A stretch of DNA of 64,000 nucleotides, from positions 60,698,001 through 60,762,000 of the forward strand of contig OX597830.1 of assembly GCA_951406725.2 (NCBI GenBank). The letters run 5' to 3'. The position numbers and the translations under genes are program-made. The number at the start of each line of letters is the position of its first letter. Within the stretch, counting starts at the first letter, position 1. Origin of the DNA: Octopus vulgaris (lineage: Eukaryota). The notes below the pieces were generated by a model. That model was not told the origin of the DNA, ran no database searches, and saw only the letters and a list, made by a program, of their open reading frames with translations. Of the stretch, positions 14,831 to 27,021 are shown piece after piece.

Positions 14831-15764
14831 GTGAACATTCAACACTGAAAAGAAAAATCAAACAGCGTTTAAACTCTGTGTGAGTATATGTGTGTATGTG
14901 TGTGCGTGTACAAGGGAAGTATGTAAATGTATGTGAACATTCACAAATCTATTAATTTGATTTATCATCCATATTTATATATAAAATACTACAATTAGCC
15001 GTCATTTTTGAGGGCGCGGGGCCAGCTAGTATCGTATAGTGTATGAAGTGTCCTGATCTGTAACATTGACATTTTCGATGCCATTGCTTGATAACTAAAT
15101 CCGCAATGAACAGTTGATGTCTACTTCGTGCTGCAGAAAGGATTTTATTGTCAAAACTTTTTCCTACTCCTGATAGAAAATAGACCAGTTTTCATAATTG
15201 CAGTTTGCGACTATCGCTGCCAACTTCATAGAATTGATGGCAACATTTCTTGGAGCAAGATTCACGTAGTTGTTGGAATTGTTGTTGCTCGCGCAACATA
15301 ACTTAGCTCTAACTTAGCCGACCCATGAACAGTCAAAGGCCACAAACAGTTTTTAAAACAATGTGTCCTGCTTTGCGTCATTCAATGTGTCATCCAATCC
15401 ATTTTTGAGACGATACAGGGTTGTATAACAGATATTTGGTTGCTATTTCTGGCAAGTCAAGAGACTATATAAAGAATCCCCGCTGTTTCAAAGACTAATG
15501 AAGTAGCATCATGCAGTAGAGTGTGCTATAGTTGTGCAGTTGTGCAATGCTGTATATAAGTGTAGCGAAGTAGAATGTGTTGTCGGTGTGTAAAGTCTGT
15601 TGTTGAACGAATTTGTTTATACATAATTTATACTACAAAACTACATTTTGTAATCTCCCAATATTTCCTAATATGCTTGGTTTGGACCTTTTGTATGAGA
15701 TTTGTGCTTCCGTCTGATATTGCGTGGGAGCATTGTCAATTACCAACTGTTGCTTTCGTTATTG

Positions 15765-15978
15765 CTGTTTGTTTGTTTGTTGAGCGAAGCGGTCTTCGTC
15801 TCAGAGCTCGCAAGATCGCGCCTCAGGATTGTCTGTAGTGGGAGAAGTCCGAAACGTGGTCCTTTAGCTTTTCGTAAGCCCCGCAGAAGAGAAAGCCGGT
15901 CAACCCCCGACACCGAGAGCATCGATGGATGGATGAATGCGCATCCAGGCTCAGCGGTTGCGTAGGAAATCGGGGTGC
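15765..15978. repeat. Unclassified GC-rich, hairpin-forming interspersed-repeat-like segment
   Basis: Sharp GC rise, (GTTT)n at the left end, hairpins GAGCGAAG/CTTCGTCTC and GGATG/CATCC. Confidence 0.45.
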
Positions 15979-16747
15979 TGTTGCTGTTGCTGCAGCATCT
16001 AGTGCTGCTGAGTTCGCTGATGCTTTTGTCCCTGCTGCTGTTTTTTTTGTAGTTGTTGTTGCTCTTAGTATTGTTGTTACTTATGATGTTATTGTCCTCG
16101 TGTTGCACTCGCTCGTGGTTCCCGTCAACCATATAAGACGTTCACCCATCCCCGATCTCTTCAAACAAATCTTTTTGAGCAGAAGGGGAAAATCTGTCAT
16201 CACGGGATGGAAACATTACAACTTTCATTTCAACTTAGATTTAATTAATTATTTAATTAACGAAATTAATTCTTTTATTTTTATAATTTCAATTAGCGGT
16301 TATAACAACAACAATAACAACAACAACGGTAGCTGCACTTGTAACAACAATACCAACTACAACAGCACTCGCAACAGTAATACCATTCCCTGTAACAACA
16401 ACATCAACATCAACAATACAATCAACAACAGCAAGAATCACACAATCGGCAAGTGAACATCACCGAAACCATAGCAACAACAACACTAACTACTATAAAT
16501 CACAAGAAAGAAAGAAAAAAACCAAATTTAACAATTTTTAATTTAATCTTTTTTATTTATAAATTATTTAATTACAATTAAACAATTAATCAAATTTCAG
16601 CTTTTAATTCTAGTAATTGGGAGGAGGTTATTAATTTACACTTTGATTCCATATTTCCATATTTTCTACACTTTCTCTCAGACAACACAGCTTGAATGGT
16701 GAGATATAAAAAATCTGTTACTTCCAACAGTTTATCCAACTACACCG

Positions 16748-16749
16748 CT

Positions 16750-16779
<30 letters not shown>
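16748..16779. repeat. (GCC)n trinucleotide repeat
   Basis: Directly visible. Confidence 0.9.
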
Positions 16780-16781
<2 letters not shown>

Positions 16782-17033
16782 GTGAGATACGCATTCATTC
16801 CGCCAATGCACGAAGCAACATCCAAGAGAAAGTCACCCACTCAATACTTAAAGACATCTTCAACTGCTCAACCCAAACACACAAGTCTCTATGTTATCTA
16901 CAGACACCTTCTCTCCTCTCTTCAAGGTGTACATCCTGGGTGTTCCACCCTCATACATTTCAACCTAATTTACATTTTTCCCAACTATTTATAAACACAG
17001 TTTATTTGAACATTTCACATAATATTTATAAGA

Positions 17034-17225
17034 CGGCAAGCTGGTAGAAATGCTTGGTGGTATTTTTCCCGACCATACGTTCTGAGTTCAAATTCCACCG
17101 AGGTCGACTTCACCTTTCATCATTTCAGGGGCGTTAAATAAGTACCAGTTGAACACTGAGGTCGTTATAATCGACTTATCCCTCATCCAAAATTGCTGGC
17201 CTCGTGCCAAATTTTGAAACTAATA
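17034..17225 (+). mobile_element. SINE family B (diverged)
   Basis: TTCTGAGTTCAAATTCCACCGAGGTCGACTTCACCTTTCATC core. Confidence 0.8.
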
Positions 17226-18748
17226 TTTATTGAAAATCAGTAACGAACGGGAACGTGAAACTCTGAATAATAGTTTTTGTGATATTTTTGCTGCTTTTCA
17301 GTAAAGCATATTACTCTACCTCTGGTATTCGAGTACTATTTTTTCCACCTTGTTTCGCATTTATGTGCTTATTCTGGTGAAACTAATATTTATATACATG
17401 TGACGTTACAATTTACTTTGTGTCATTTAGTAAGGGGGGGGGGCGAAACGAAAAAACACAAGCCATTCAAGCGGAGCTGGTGAGATCGATGTTCGGTTTC
17501 AACTTCTGTAGGTAGGAATTCTAGAAAGTTACCGTCTGCTGTCAAAGATGGAAACTCAGCTTGTAATTTCTGAGCAGAAGCTGTTTTAGAAGGTGCAGAA
17601 AAAGAAGAAGGAGGAAAATGTACTGTGATTAGTGCATATGTGGCAATTATACGGATGAGTTTTTGGGTGGAGAACGAATAGAGTTGATAATGTTTATTTG
17701 TGTTACAGTTGCACCAGCCCACATGTGTGAATAGTCTTCTATAGTAGATTACACTCGAAGTTTGTACAGAGTCGGCAGCTGTTCACAGCTAAATAGTTTC
17801 AGGTCCGGAAAAATAAATCCTAGTTTGGGAGATGCAATTTCTGCAAAGTCAGGATGTAAGATGTATTTAGAACTTGATAAGTTTTTAGCTGTTTTCTTTT
17901 TAAGTAAAGAAAGACAGGAGTGATGTGGAAGTACTTTCTTAATATGTTAGCAACTATTTTCTCAGCCAGGATGTTTTGCTTCTTAAATCTTTTTAACGTC
18001 CCAATGCAATTCAAGAGTAAAATACGTGCATTGAATTTTGATAACATTTTGAAGTGGGGAAAACGTTATACTAGCTTCAATGATGGCGTCTGTATAGGAA
18101 TGTGTGTGTGTGTTGGTGGAAGTATCAGCGCGAAGCTTGTAAATGTAGAGAAGAGTCCTAAAACTAAGATACATCCCAATTCAAACAATGGAGTCTCAGA
18201 TAGATCCATGAACATATTTCACTTCCTTGTTGGTCACTCTGTGTTTCTTGCAGTGGTGATAGGTGAATGCAGTCCAGTTGGTGAGGGTGATTGATCTACT
18301 TTAGAACTTGTAAATAATATCTTTCTGTCCATCAGCAGATATCTACGTGTATATAACTTGGGAACATGAGGTATATATTTTGGTTGTCTGAGAAATATGG
18401 GTTCACATAAGAAAAAGGATGATTTTCGAGTGAGGAGTAGTGTGGCGTTAGGCTTTGCGATGACGAATATTTTCATTATGGCTGAATGTTGCTCAGGGAA
18501 TAAAGCCTGTGGCAACTGAAAAAAGTAAGGCTTCAAACTAGAAAGAGATCAAGAATAGTCAGAAGGAGAAAAGCAGCTCTCATGAACTTTCTCAGAGACT
18601 GAGATTAATGAGAAAATTGAACGATATTCACAAACCAGAAACCTGAGTTCTTTCGACTGAGTAGGCTCCATTAATGTCACCCAAGGATCTCCTAGGAACA
18701 GGAATTGTGCTTTCAATGAGTTTCCAAATAATTTCTTCCTCCAAAATT

Positions 18749-18882
18749 TCACTCACAAGGTTTTGGTTACCCCGAGTCTGTAGTGGAAGACATTCGCTCA
18801 CGCTACCACGCAATGGGATTGAACCGCAAAAGCCAAGTATTTGCGTGGCAAACTGCTTAACCACATAGCCATATCTGCGCCC
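18749..18882 (-). mobile_element. SINE family A head fragment
   Basis: Reverse complement GGGCGCAGATATGGCTATGTGGTTAAGCAGTTTGC... Confidence 0.7.
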
Positions 18883-19340
18883 ACAGATCCGATATCTGGA
18901 ATTAATGATGTAAACTGGTACACAAAATCAAGTTTGGCCAAAATTTCAACCTTTGCATCAACAGTGCTGAAGAATGGGAGAATTATGAGGAAGCGTGCAT
19001 ATTAAAATCATTGAAAGGAAGATACATTCAATGTCAGAAACAAATTGTCTAAAGTAATCAATATAATACGAGTACAAATACCAGTACACTCCTAAAGATA
19101 CCAAAGAATATATTCGATTTAGAAATAGAAAGTTGCGCTTCAAAACTGCTTCTAAAGAATCGCCACGAATTCAGGAAGACTTTTTTTCTGTGTGATCAAT
19201 AAATAAATAGAAGTAGAGGTAGCATTTACCAACTGGGATACACTTATTTTTTCTTTTTTTGTGAACTTTGAATTATTAGCATAGAGTCAAAAGAGAAATG
19301 CTTCATATAAAATATATTTATATGCGAAGGAAGGGATATA

Positions 19341-20456
19341 CAGGGTGCAAGAGGTATTAAGGACACGTAATTATTAGTACATTAGTACATTAGTACATTA
19401 GTACATTAGTACATTGCCCATTTTCTAAGGATTGCAAGATCTTTGGTACACAAAGTTTGAATGGAATTAGAGGCAAATGGTGGGAATGTTTCGAAAGAAT
19501 TCTAAACGTTCTGCCATTTATCTGATGGGTTCAAGACATTATCGATAACAATCCCGGAAGATCAATGAGGACCATTGTCAAAGAACCTAGGGTCTCGGAG
19601 TGGACTATTTGAACTGTGGTGCTCCAGGGTATTCAACACATGTCATATATATTGAAGAGAGGCCAATTCATGTCTGTAAAGACACAGGGGAGCCATTTCT
19701 CCGTGACAAGCGATTTCTTAACGAGGTTAAAAATCCTCACAAACATAACATGTTTTGGTTCTTCTCTGATAAAAAAAAAAAACTTTGACCAAGACCAAAA
19801 GTCTCCCAGGAGAAATGACAGCGAGTTATATGCACCTCCTTTTTATGTCCCTGAGTGACGCACACTAAGTTTTCAGCAAATGGTTTTAGGAGTGGTTAGT
19901 AACGATGGTCACGTGATTCCACCTCACATCTTTCCACAGGGTCTTAGAATTAATGCTGCTGGTTATGATGAAGTGGTGGAGAAAGTTGTTAAGCTCTCGA
20001 TGGATGAAGTACGTAGTAGAAGACCATAAGTGTTTCAACAAGGCTCGGCACCTTTTCACAAAGCTCACATAACAGAAGAATGGATATATGAGACAATGTT
20101 TTACTATCATGTAACACCAAACTTGTGGCTTCCAACTGTACCAGATTTAGATCCCATGAACCTCAATATTTAGAGCGTCATTGAATGAGAGACTAATGAA
20201 CAGCCTCACAATATCATAGGGTTACTGAAGTCCACCATTGGCGAGATGATGTCCGAAATGAATAAATACCATTTAGAGCAGTCGTGTCAACGATTCTAGT
20301 TCCACATCGAAGCTGAAGGCGGATTCGTAGAATAAATTAAAAGAAAATCTTATCGAGTATATTTGCACTAACTTTTAATAAAAAGTTTGATTTTTGCTGA
20401 ATTAAGGACCTTATATCAAATTACCTCCTATGTCCTCAAATACCTCTTGCACGCTT
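19341..20456 (+). mobile_element. Decayed Tc1/mariner-superfamily element (maT/DD37D-like)
   Basis: TA then TIR CAGGGTGCAAGAGGTATTAAGGACA, and reverse TGTCCTCAAATACCTCTTGCAC; remnants WFFSD.K.FDQDQK, FQQ.SAP and PDLDPM; (ATTAGTAC)n at 19373-19415. Confidence 0.8.
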
Positions 20457-20549
20457 CATTTATGCGCGCGCGCGCGTGTATGCGTGTGTGTGTGTGTGTG
20501 TGTGTTTGTATGTAATATCTGTGAGCATGATTTTGTAAATGTGTGTGTG

Positions 20550-20582
<33 letters not shown>

Positions 20583-20584
<2 letters not shown>

Positions 20585-20995
20585 ATCTTTTCGGTTTGAA
20601 CGGCAGTTTTTTCTAGCGGTGTCATATGAAATTGTCACCCATAATTATGACCCTAGTATCGATCTATTGCATTTCAATGTTTTACGGTTAGGGTTAGGGG
20701 TGGGGAAGGGTATCTTTTTTCTTCAGAAATGTAAATAAACCCAATCTGTTTCTTAAACGAGGGACATATTCATACGGCACAGAATGTTTTCACCTCAATA
20801 GACGTCATTGTTTGGTTGAAATTGCAGAAATTGAAGAAGAAAAACAACAAATATCTTACAAACCATAGAATTTTCTCAATAAAGCCAAGGGAAAAAGATG
20901 TTTTATAAACACATTCTACCAGTATACAAAGTTTAAAAGTGTTTAGTTGCGTGGAAATTATTTTTAGAAAATTGCCGTTCAAACCGAAAAGATCC
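20583..20995. mobile_element. MITE / non-autonomous TIR element (413 bp), AT flanks
   Basis: Perfect 23-bp TIR GGATCTTTTCGGTTTGAACGGCA / TGCCGTTCAAACCGAAAAGATCC; inserted in (AT)n; internal GGTTAGGGTTAGGG. Confidence 0.9.
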
Positions 20996-21217
20996 ATATG
21001 TATATACACACACACACAGATATGTATGTATAAATGAATGTCTGTGTGCGTATATATATATGTGTGTGTGTGTGTGTGTCTATAAGAACGCAAAGGTGAA
21101 TCGTAATAGAGACGGGCAAGTAGTTGATGGCTAAGAATATAATCAATAATTACAGCGAAGTCTTTCCTCGATGAAGATCATATTGCAACCTGGTGTTCTT
21201 TCTGTACTTCCCTTTAT

Positions 21218-21390
21218 ACAATATATCTATTGATATGCCCTATCTATTAATATACATTATTGATATAACCTATTTATTGATATACACCTTCTATCGAATC
21301 GTACGCTATTTATTGAGCTATATTATATATTGATTTACACGATCTATTCATATACACTATTTATTTATACACCCTATCCATTTATATACA
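21218..21390. repeat. Degenerate ~18-20 bp minisatellite (TATCTATTGATATACACC-like)
   Basis: Recurrent ATCTATTGATATA / ATTTATTGATATA units. Confidence 0.6.
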
Positions 21391-21562
21391 ATCGAAAGTA
21401 AACTGTATTTTATATTTAGAATTCTCTGAGTTGAGTCACTGCAAAAATAAATAAATATAGAAATAGGAAATTTGTGGTGAACAGTATCACGGTTTTAAAT
21501 AATTCTTGTAAGATATATGAGCATGTCTGGGTGTGTGCGTATTTATGTGTGTGCTTGTCCGC

Positions 21563-21626
<64 letters not shown>

Positions 21627-21743
21627 ATACATACATACATACATACATGCATACATACATACATAGATGGATGGATGGATGGATGTATACGCATGTATAT
21701 TTTCTTTATTAATATTTAGAATGACTCAAGGTCCAAGAGTTTC

Positions 21744-21779
<36 letters not shown>

Positions 21780-21857
21780 ATAAACATCTTTCCCAAATCA
21801 TATAGACTCATAGAGCCGGTTTCACGGTTTCCATTACGTATATATTCCCCAGGTGTG

Positions 21858-22040
21858 AAGGCCATGCCAGAGCACTGCCTTGAAGGGTTTTTAGTTGACC
21901 AAATCGACCCCAGACTTATTTCTTAAGCCTAGTACTTATTCCATCGATTCCCATTGCCGAACCGCTAAGTTACAGGGATGTAAACACACCAATAGTGGTT
22001 GTCAAACTTTCATTAGGAAACAAACGCTTACAAAAAACAC
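21858..22040 (-). mobile_element. SINE family A tail half
   Basis: AAATCGACCCCAGACTTATT...GCCGAACCGCTAAGTTAC matches 590-670. Confidence 0.8.
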
Positions 22041-22047
22041 ACATACA

Positions 22048-22081
<34 letters not shown>

Positions 22082-22134
22082 CATACATACATACATACAT
22101 ACATACATACATACATACATACATACATACATAC

Positions 22135-22329
22135 AGTCACCATGATTGATCGTTAGCCACTACACACAATTTTTTCTCTCCTTGTTTTCTGTGTCCCTTT
22201 CTGTAGAAGAGCGTAGGCTCAAAACGTAAAAGACTTTTTCTATTCCTGAGCGTTATACTAATACATCTGTCTGTTTTGTACACCACCTGTCTTCGTCTTT
22301 TGTTGTTTTTTTTCGTAAACTTTCCCTAC
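22135..22329 (+). mobile_element. Short PLE-terminus-like element with degenerate hammerhead motif, inside (CATA)n
   Basis: CTTT-CTGTAGA-A-GAGC(GTAG)GCTC-AAAAC-GTA-AAAG at 22197-22232, then TTCCTGAGCGT as in 36460-36665. Confidence 0.6.
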
Positions 22330-22358
22330 ATACATACATACATACATACATACATACA

Positions 22359-22390
<32 letters not shown>

Positions 22391-22394
22391 CATA

Positions 22395-23171
22395 CATAGT
22401 GGGTGGAAAGTAGCTAGGCATTAGAAATTGTTTATAGAATTTTTAGTATCACTGATGTGATGACGAAAACGTTTTTTAAACTGACAACACTAATGGGGAT
22501 TTTTTATTTTCTTGTCTTATTTCCTATTTCTTATTTTCCAGATGGCCGATCGCTTGACTGTTCAGGCGCGAGCTAAGATAGCAGCACACTATGAAGTGTG
22601 GAATTCCATTGTTTCGGATGAGAGATGGTAGCCAGCATGGAAACGTAAGCATGCAACATTTCGTCTGGAGACAATAAAAAGTTGTCATGCAAAGCTCGTG
22701 AAAGTGGACTAACAAGACACACAATACGTACGGGGTTGCATAAAGAGCTGTGTTTTCGTCCATGGAAACCTGAAGACTGTGAGTGCAGAATGGAATGTGG
22801 AATGGCTTCAGAAGTGACCGCAGATGTCCAGAACTCCAAGTAGTCCAGATCTCACTCCATGTGATTTTTACCTGTGGGGTTACACAAAAGAGGAGGTGTA
22901 CAACACAAAACCACACACACTGGAGGACTTGGAAACATGGATTCAGGAGGTCCTCAGTGATATCCCAGATGGCATCCTTCAAAAGGTTGTACATTTCATC
23001 CCTGGCCGTTTGAGGGAACTGGTTGATGCCACTGGTGCTTAAGTTGAAATATGAAGATTTACTCTCATTTTCTCATGTAATAAAGAACATGTCATTTGTT
23101 TCAATAAATTTGTAAAAGGAATATGGATTTCATGACCAATTGTTAATGCCTACTTACTTTTCACCTACCCT
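22395..23171 (+). mobile_element. Second copy of the deleted Tc1/mariner-superfamily element
   Basis: Collinear with the reverse complement of 4974-5770; SPDLTPCDFYLWGYTKEEVY; TIR remnants at both ends. Confidence 0.85.
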
Positions 23172-23306
23172 TCTTTCAGTTTCCATCTGCCAAACGCACT
23201 CACAAAGTTTTGGTCAACCCGAGGCTATAGCAGAAGGCACTCACCCAAGGTGCCATGCAATGGGACTGAACCCTGAACCATGCGGTTGGGAAGCAAGTTT
23301 CTTACC
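23172..23306 (-). mobile_element. SINE family A head fragment
   Basis: TTCTTTCAGTTTCC...CCCAAGGTGCCA.GCA.TGGGACTGAACCC.GAACCATG.GGTTGGGAAGCAAG. Confidence 0.85.
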
Positions 23307-23340
23307 GCTATAAATGTATGTTTATATTTATACATAATAT

Positions 23341-23684
23341 ATATTTGGTTAATGGGGAAAACGGAAGGTGGAAGATACGAGAATGTTTATTGATCCCTAC
23401 AGTTGTTTCGACCCATCTACCATGGATTCCTCAGGCGTGGGATACTGAATAACGGTGTCGATGTGTCTCTTCAGGTGATTACAAGATGTATCTCGCTAAA
23501 ATAACATCTGTTCCACAGGATTTCTTCTTGGTGTGTGTATGAAAAAGCAGCAAATTAAGGGGTACAACTCCTTTCTGTTCAGTATCTCATCCCTGTGAAA
23601 TCGATGCTAGATGGCTTGAAACAATTGTAGTGATCAATAATCATTCTCGTATCTTCAATCTTCTGTCTCTCTCATTAATCAAAT
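23341..23684. repeat. ~110-bp inverted repeat pair (23341-23452 / 23575-23684), PLE-terminus-like
   Basis: Reverse complement of the left arm, TAGATGGGTCGAAACAACTGTAGGGATCAATAAACATTCTCGTATCTTC..., matches the right arm TAGATGGCTTGAAACAATTGTAGTGATCAATAATCATTCTCGTATCTTC... Confidence 0.85.
23393..23479 (-). ncRNA. Type-I hammerhead ribozyme motif, core intact
   Basis: ATCAC-CTGAAGA-GACACATC...GATGGGTC-GAAAC-AACT-GTA-GGGAT; helix II 7/8 bp, helix I 4/5 bp. Confidence 0.7.
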
Positions 23685-24322
23685 ACTCGACGAACCCAGA
23701 GAAAGTGAACGTGCTTTACTGGTAAACTATCAGGTCTATACCATACGATTTAACTAATGCACGCACACACACACACACACATAACAATAACGATAACAAC
23801 TATTGCATCGTGAAGGACAGATATCAGTCATTGAAAACACAAAAACTGCTAACTCCAGTTACACATTTATCATCTGGTGTCAAAATTTTCATCGTACAAA
23901 CTGAAACCTTGTCACTGACACGCTTTCACTGCAACTGGTTTGAAGCAAGACTGTGGGCCAGTATATATAGCTTTCAGGGTTTAAAATATAAGTTTGTTTC
24001 CATTCTATATGGGTCAGTCAGTGGTTCTGGCAGTGACAACCAGGAAGCTGACCTACAGTAGAGAAGATACATCATTGAAGAGAAGACGTATGTCGACGAA
24101 AAGACTTTGACAAACATAACCGAATGATTAATTAACTAATCGATTAGCTAAATGGTTAAATAGTTAACCAATTGACAAAAAGTAAAGATGTGAAATATAA
24201 CCAGTGCGTGTATATATTATTGGCATAATGACCCTCCTGAAATGTAAGAATGCACGTATTATTCTTTACTTCTTCGAGAGCTGCGGCCATGCTGGGGCAC
24301 TGCCGTTAATAAAATTAACCCA

Positions 24323-24414
24323 CACTCGCAGAGTAACTCGAATCCGCGACCCTCAGATTACCTCTAAGGTCAACCTATAAAAGTCTGATGCCCTACTGAG
24401 TGAGCTAGGCAGGA
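24323..24414 (-). tRNA. tRNA-Lys(TTT)-like pseudogene with ~19-nt intron
   Basis: TCCTGCCTAGCTCACTCAGTAGGGCATCAGACTTTTA-[TAGGTTGACCTTAGAGGTA]-ATCTGAGGGTCGCGGATTCGAGTTACTCTGCGAGTG. The anticodon stem TCAGA/TCTGA is intact and the insert is after position 37; acceptor, D and T arms are degenerate. Confidence 0.75.
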
Positions 24415-24600
24415 GAGCGCTTGGCCTAGTGTTTGGAATTTAGGGCTCATGATCATAAATTCGAAGGTTCGATTCCTGAAAGGGTCAGCGCGTGGTGTCC
24501 TTGAGCAAGGCACTTAATTTCACGTTGCTCTAGTGTTCTCCGTTGAAAATTAGTACCTACCGATTGCCAGTGCGGCCCTTTCTCCCTTCAGATGTCACAA
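24415..24600 (+). mobile_element. Diverged tRNA-headed SINE, followed by an RTE insert
   Basis: TGGCCTAGTG A-box-like, GGTTCGATTCC B-box, GTGTCCTTGAGCAAGGCACTT. Confidence 0.6.
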
Positions 24601-24628
24601 TGAGGGTATGACAACTGGAAGTAGAGGG

Positions 24629-24955
24629 TCTGCGTTGGCTGGGTGATGCCTTCCGTCGTCAACCAGGAGAATTCATCAACGAAGCAATTGCCCCAGCTCC
24701 CCTTCAGGGTTGGCGAAAGCGATGTGGTGGACAACGAAAAACCTGGCTGATGACAGTCAAGGCTGATCTGGAACCCAACCTAGGCCCCCATGTCTACGGC
24801 GTTTGCCGCTGGAATAAGGAGTGGTTGGAGATCACGCGGTCGTTAGCCTCAATTCGCCAGGCCTGGTCGGCGTTTGTGAGAGATGCAGCATTGAGGATGA
24901 ATGAAGCCAGCTCAACCCACTCCGAGTGAATGTTGTCTCAAGTCAAGTCAAAGTC
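24629..24955 (+). mobile_element. RTE-clade LINE 3' end with (CAAGT)n tail
   Basis: Translates LRWLGDAFRRQPGEFI...GWRKRCGGQRKTWLMTVKADL...RQAWSAFVRDA..*; ends CAAGTCAAGTCAAAGTC. Confidence 0.85.
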
Positions 24956-25259
24956 GAAGGGGTGTCTATACCTGCACGAGACTACATTAGACACCAAAAA
25001 CAATTTGAGAAAGCGTGAAACAAACTACAAGGTCACACTCGCTTGCAAGTGACAGTAAGCCTTTTTGTGTATGCGTATTTATGTATGCATTTATGTATGA
25101 ATGTATATGAATGTATGTGTATGTATCGACGCATGCTATTCCTCAGCTAATGTATACATTGAGATTGGTTATGAATGCTAGTATATATTTCTAACATATC
25201 CTAGCTAGATATAATATCAATACAAACATACAAGCACTTCCATACACTTATATCCATAG

Positions 25260-25305
<46 letters not shown>

Positions 25306-25626
25306 TACGTATATATTCACACACATACACATAGTTACTTACTCTCACACACGCATACATATTTGCTTATATTCATACACTCACATGCATATTTCGATAT
25401 TCAAACATGCGCGCATGTACACACATATACACACAGATACACACTTTCTACGCACACACAAACACGCGCACGCAGGCGTATACACAGGCGTGCAGGCACA
25501 CATACAAGAACATATACACGCTTATATTTCTGTTCGTATATGAATGTGTACGTGTATTTTCACGCATGCGCACGTACGTATGTGAGCATGGGCGTTTGTG
25601 TATGCGTGTGTATGTCAGTGTCGATG

Positions 25627-25694
<68 letters not shown>

Positions 25695-25877
25695 CGTGCG
25701 TTTGTGCGTGAATGGGAGTATGTAATTTGTATTTGTGTGCGCGTGTATCAATAAAACTAGATCTGATCAGACGTCTTCAGTTTCGATAAACCAGTGTATC
25801 GATCTAAAGAGCAGCCAGAGTCAGCAGATATTCAGTTGTGGGGTCAGTGACGTTAGATGGAGCTTTCAAACCACATC

Positions 25878-25990
25878 TGGTTGGTTGGTTTGTTGGTTAG
25901 TTGGTTGGTTGGCTGGCTGGTTTGGCTGGTTGGTTGGCACTGGTGGGCGGCTAGGTCGGTCGGTCGGTCGGTCGGTCGGTCGGTCGGTTG
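25878..25990. repeat. (TTGG)n/(CTGG)n/(TCGG)n microsatellite
   Basis: Directly visible. Confidence 0.9.
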
Positions 25991-26135
25991 GTGGCTGTTT
26001 TGGATGGTGTTACACACTTCCTGTCAAACTGTTCTGTTTGCGATAAGAGAATCACTGCCATTCTAAATTCTATTCCCATTGTAGACCACTGCCTGGCTAT
26101 CTTTTTGTATATCTATGTATCTACCAATTATGTGG

Positions 26136-26192
<57 letters not shown>

Positions 26193-26354
26193 TACATACA
26201 TACATACATACATACATACATACATACATACATACATACATACATACATACACACATACATCATAGCATCATAGGGCAAAACCAAGCATTCTCGATTTTT
26301 TTTTTGACTGAACTGCTAGATAACGTAAACAAACCAATATCGGTTGTCAAACAG

Positions 26355-26563
26355 TGGCGAGCCGGCAGAAACGTTAGCACGCCGGGCGAAATGCGTAGCC
26401 GTATTTCGTCTGCCGCTACGTTCTGAGTTCAAATTCCGCCGAGGTCGACTTTGCCTTTCATCCTTTCAGGGTCGATAAATCAAATACCAGTTACGCACTG
26501 GGGTCGATGTAATCGACTTAATCCGTTTGTTTGTCCTTGTTTGTCCCTTCTGTGTTTAGCCCC
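26355..26563 (+). mobile_element. SINE family B
   Basis: Matches 39591-39820. Confidence 0.9.
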
Positions 26564-26579
26564 TAAACACACATATCCA

Positions 26580-27021
26580 GGCTCAGACCGTGGCTGTGTA
26601 GTAAGAAGTTTGCTTCCCAGCCCCACGGTTCCCACTGCGTGGCACCTTCGACAGGTGTCTTCTACTATAGCTTCTGTTTGACCAAAGCCTTGTGAGAGGA
26701 TCTGCTAGACGGAAACTGAAAGAAGACCGTCGTGAGTATGTGTATGTGTGCGTGTGTATGCGTTTGCGTCCATGCATGCGTATGTGTATGTTTGTGTGTG
26801 TGTTTGTCTGTCTCTGCGTTTGTCCCCCACCACCACTTGACAACCGGCATTGGTGTGCTTATTTCCCCGTAACTTAGCTGTTCGGCAAAAAAGCTGGATA
26901 GAATAAATACCAGACTTTAAAAAATTAAATCTCAGTGTCGATTCGCTCGACTAAAATACATCAAAGCGGTGCCCCAGCATGACCGTAGTCCAATGGCTGA
27001 AACAAGTGAAAGATAAAAGAT
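26580..27021 (+). mobile_element. SINE family A
   Basis: Head, internal (TG)n-rich tract and tail present; another head fragment lies on the minus strand at ~27035-27168. Confidence 0.88.

Noticed and set aside
17420-19230. Possible LINE endonuclease words (IIATYA, KFNAR) or host exons
   Set aside because: Motif order is inconsistent and there is no sustained frame or splice support.
20686-20705. Interstitial telomere
   Set aside because: Only two TTAGGG units, internal to a MITE.
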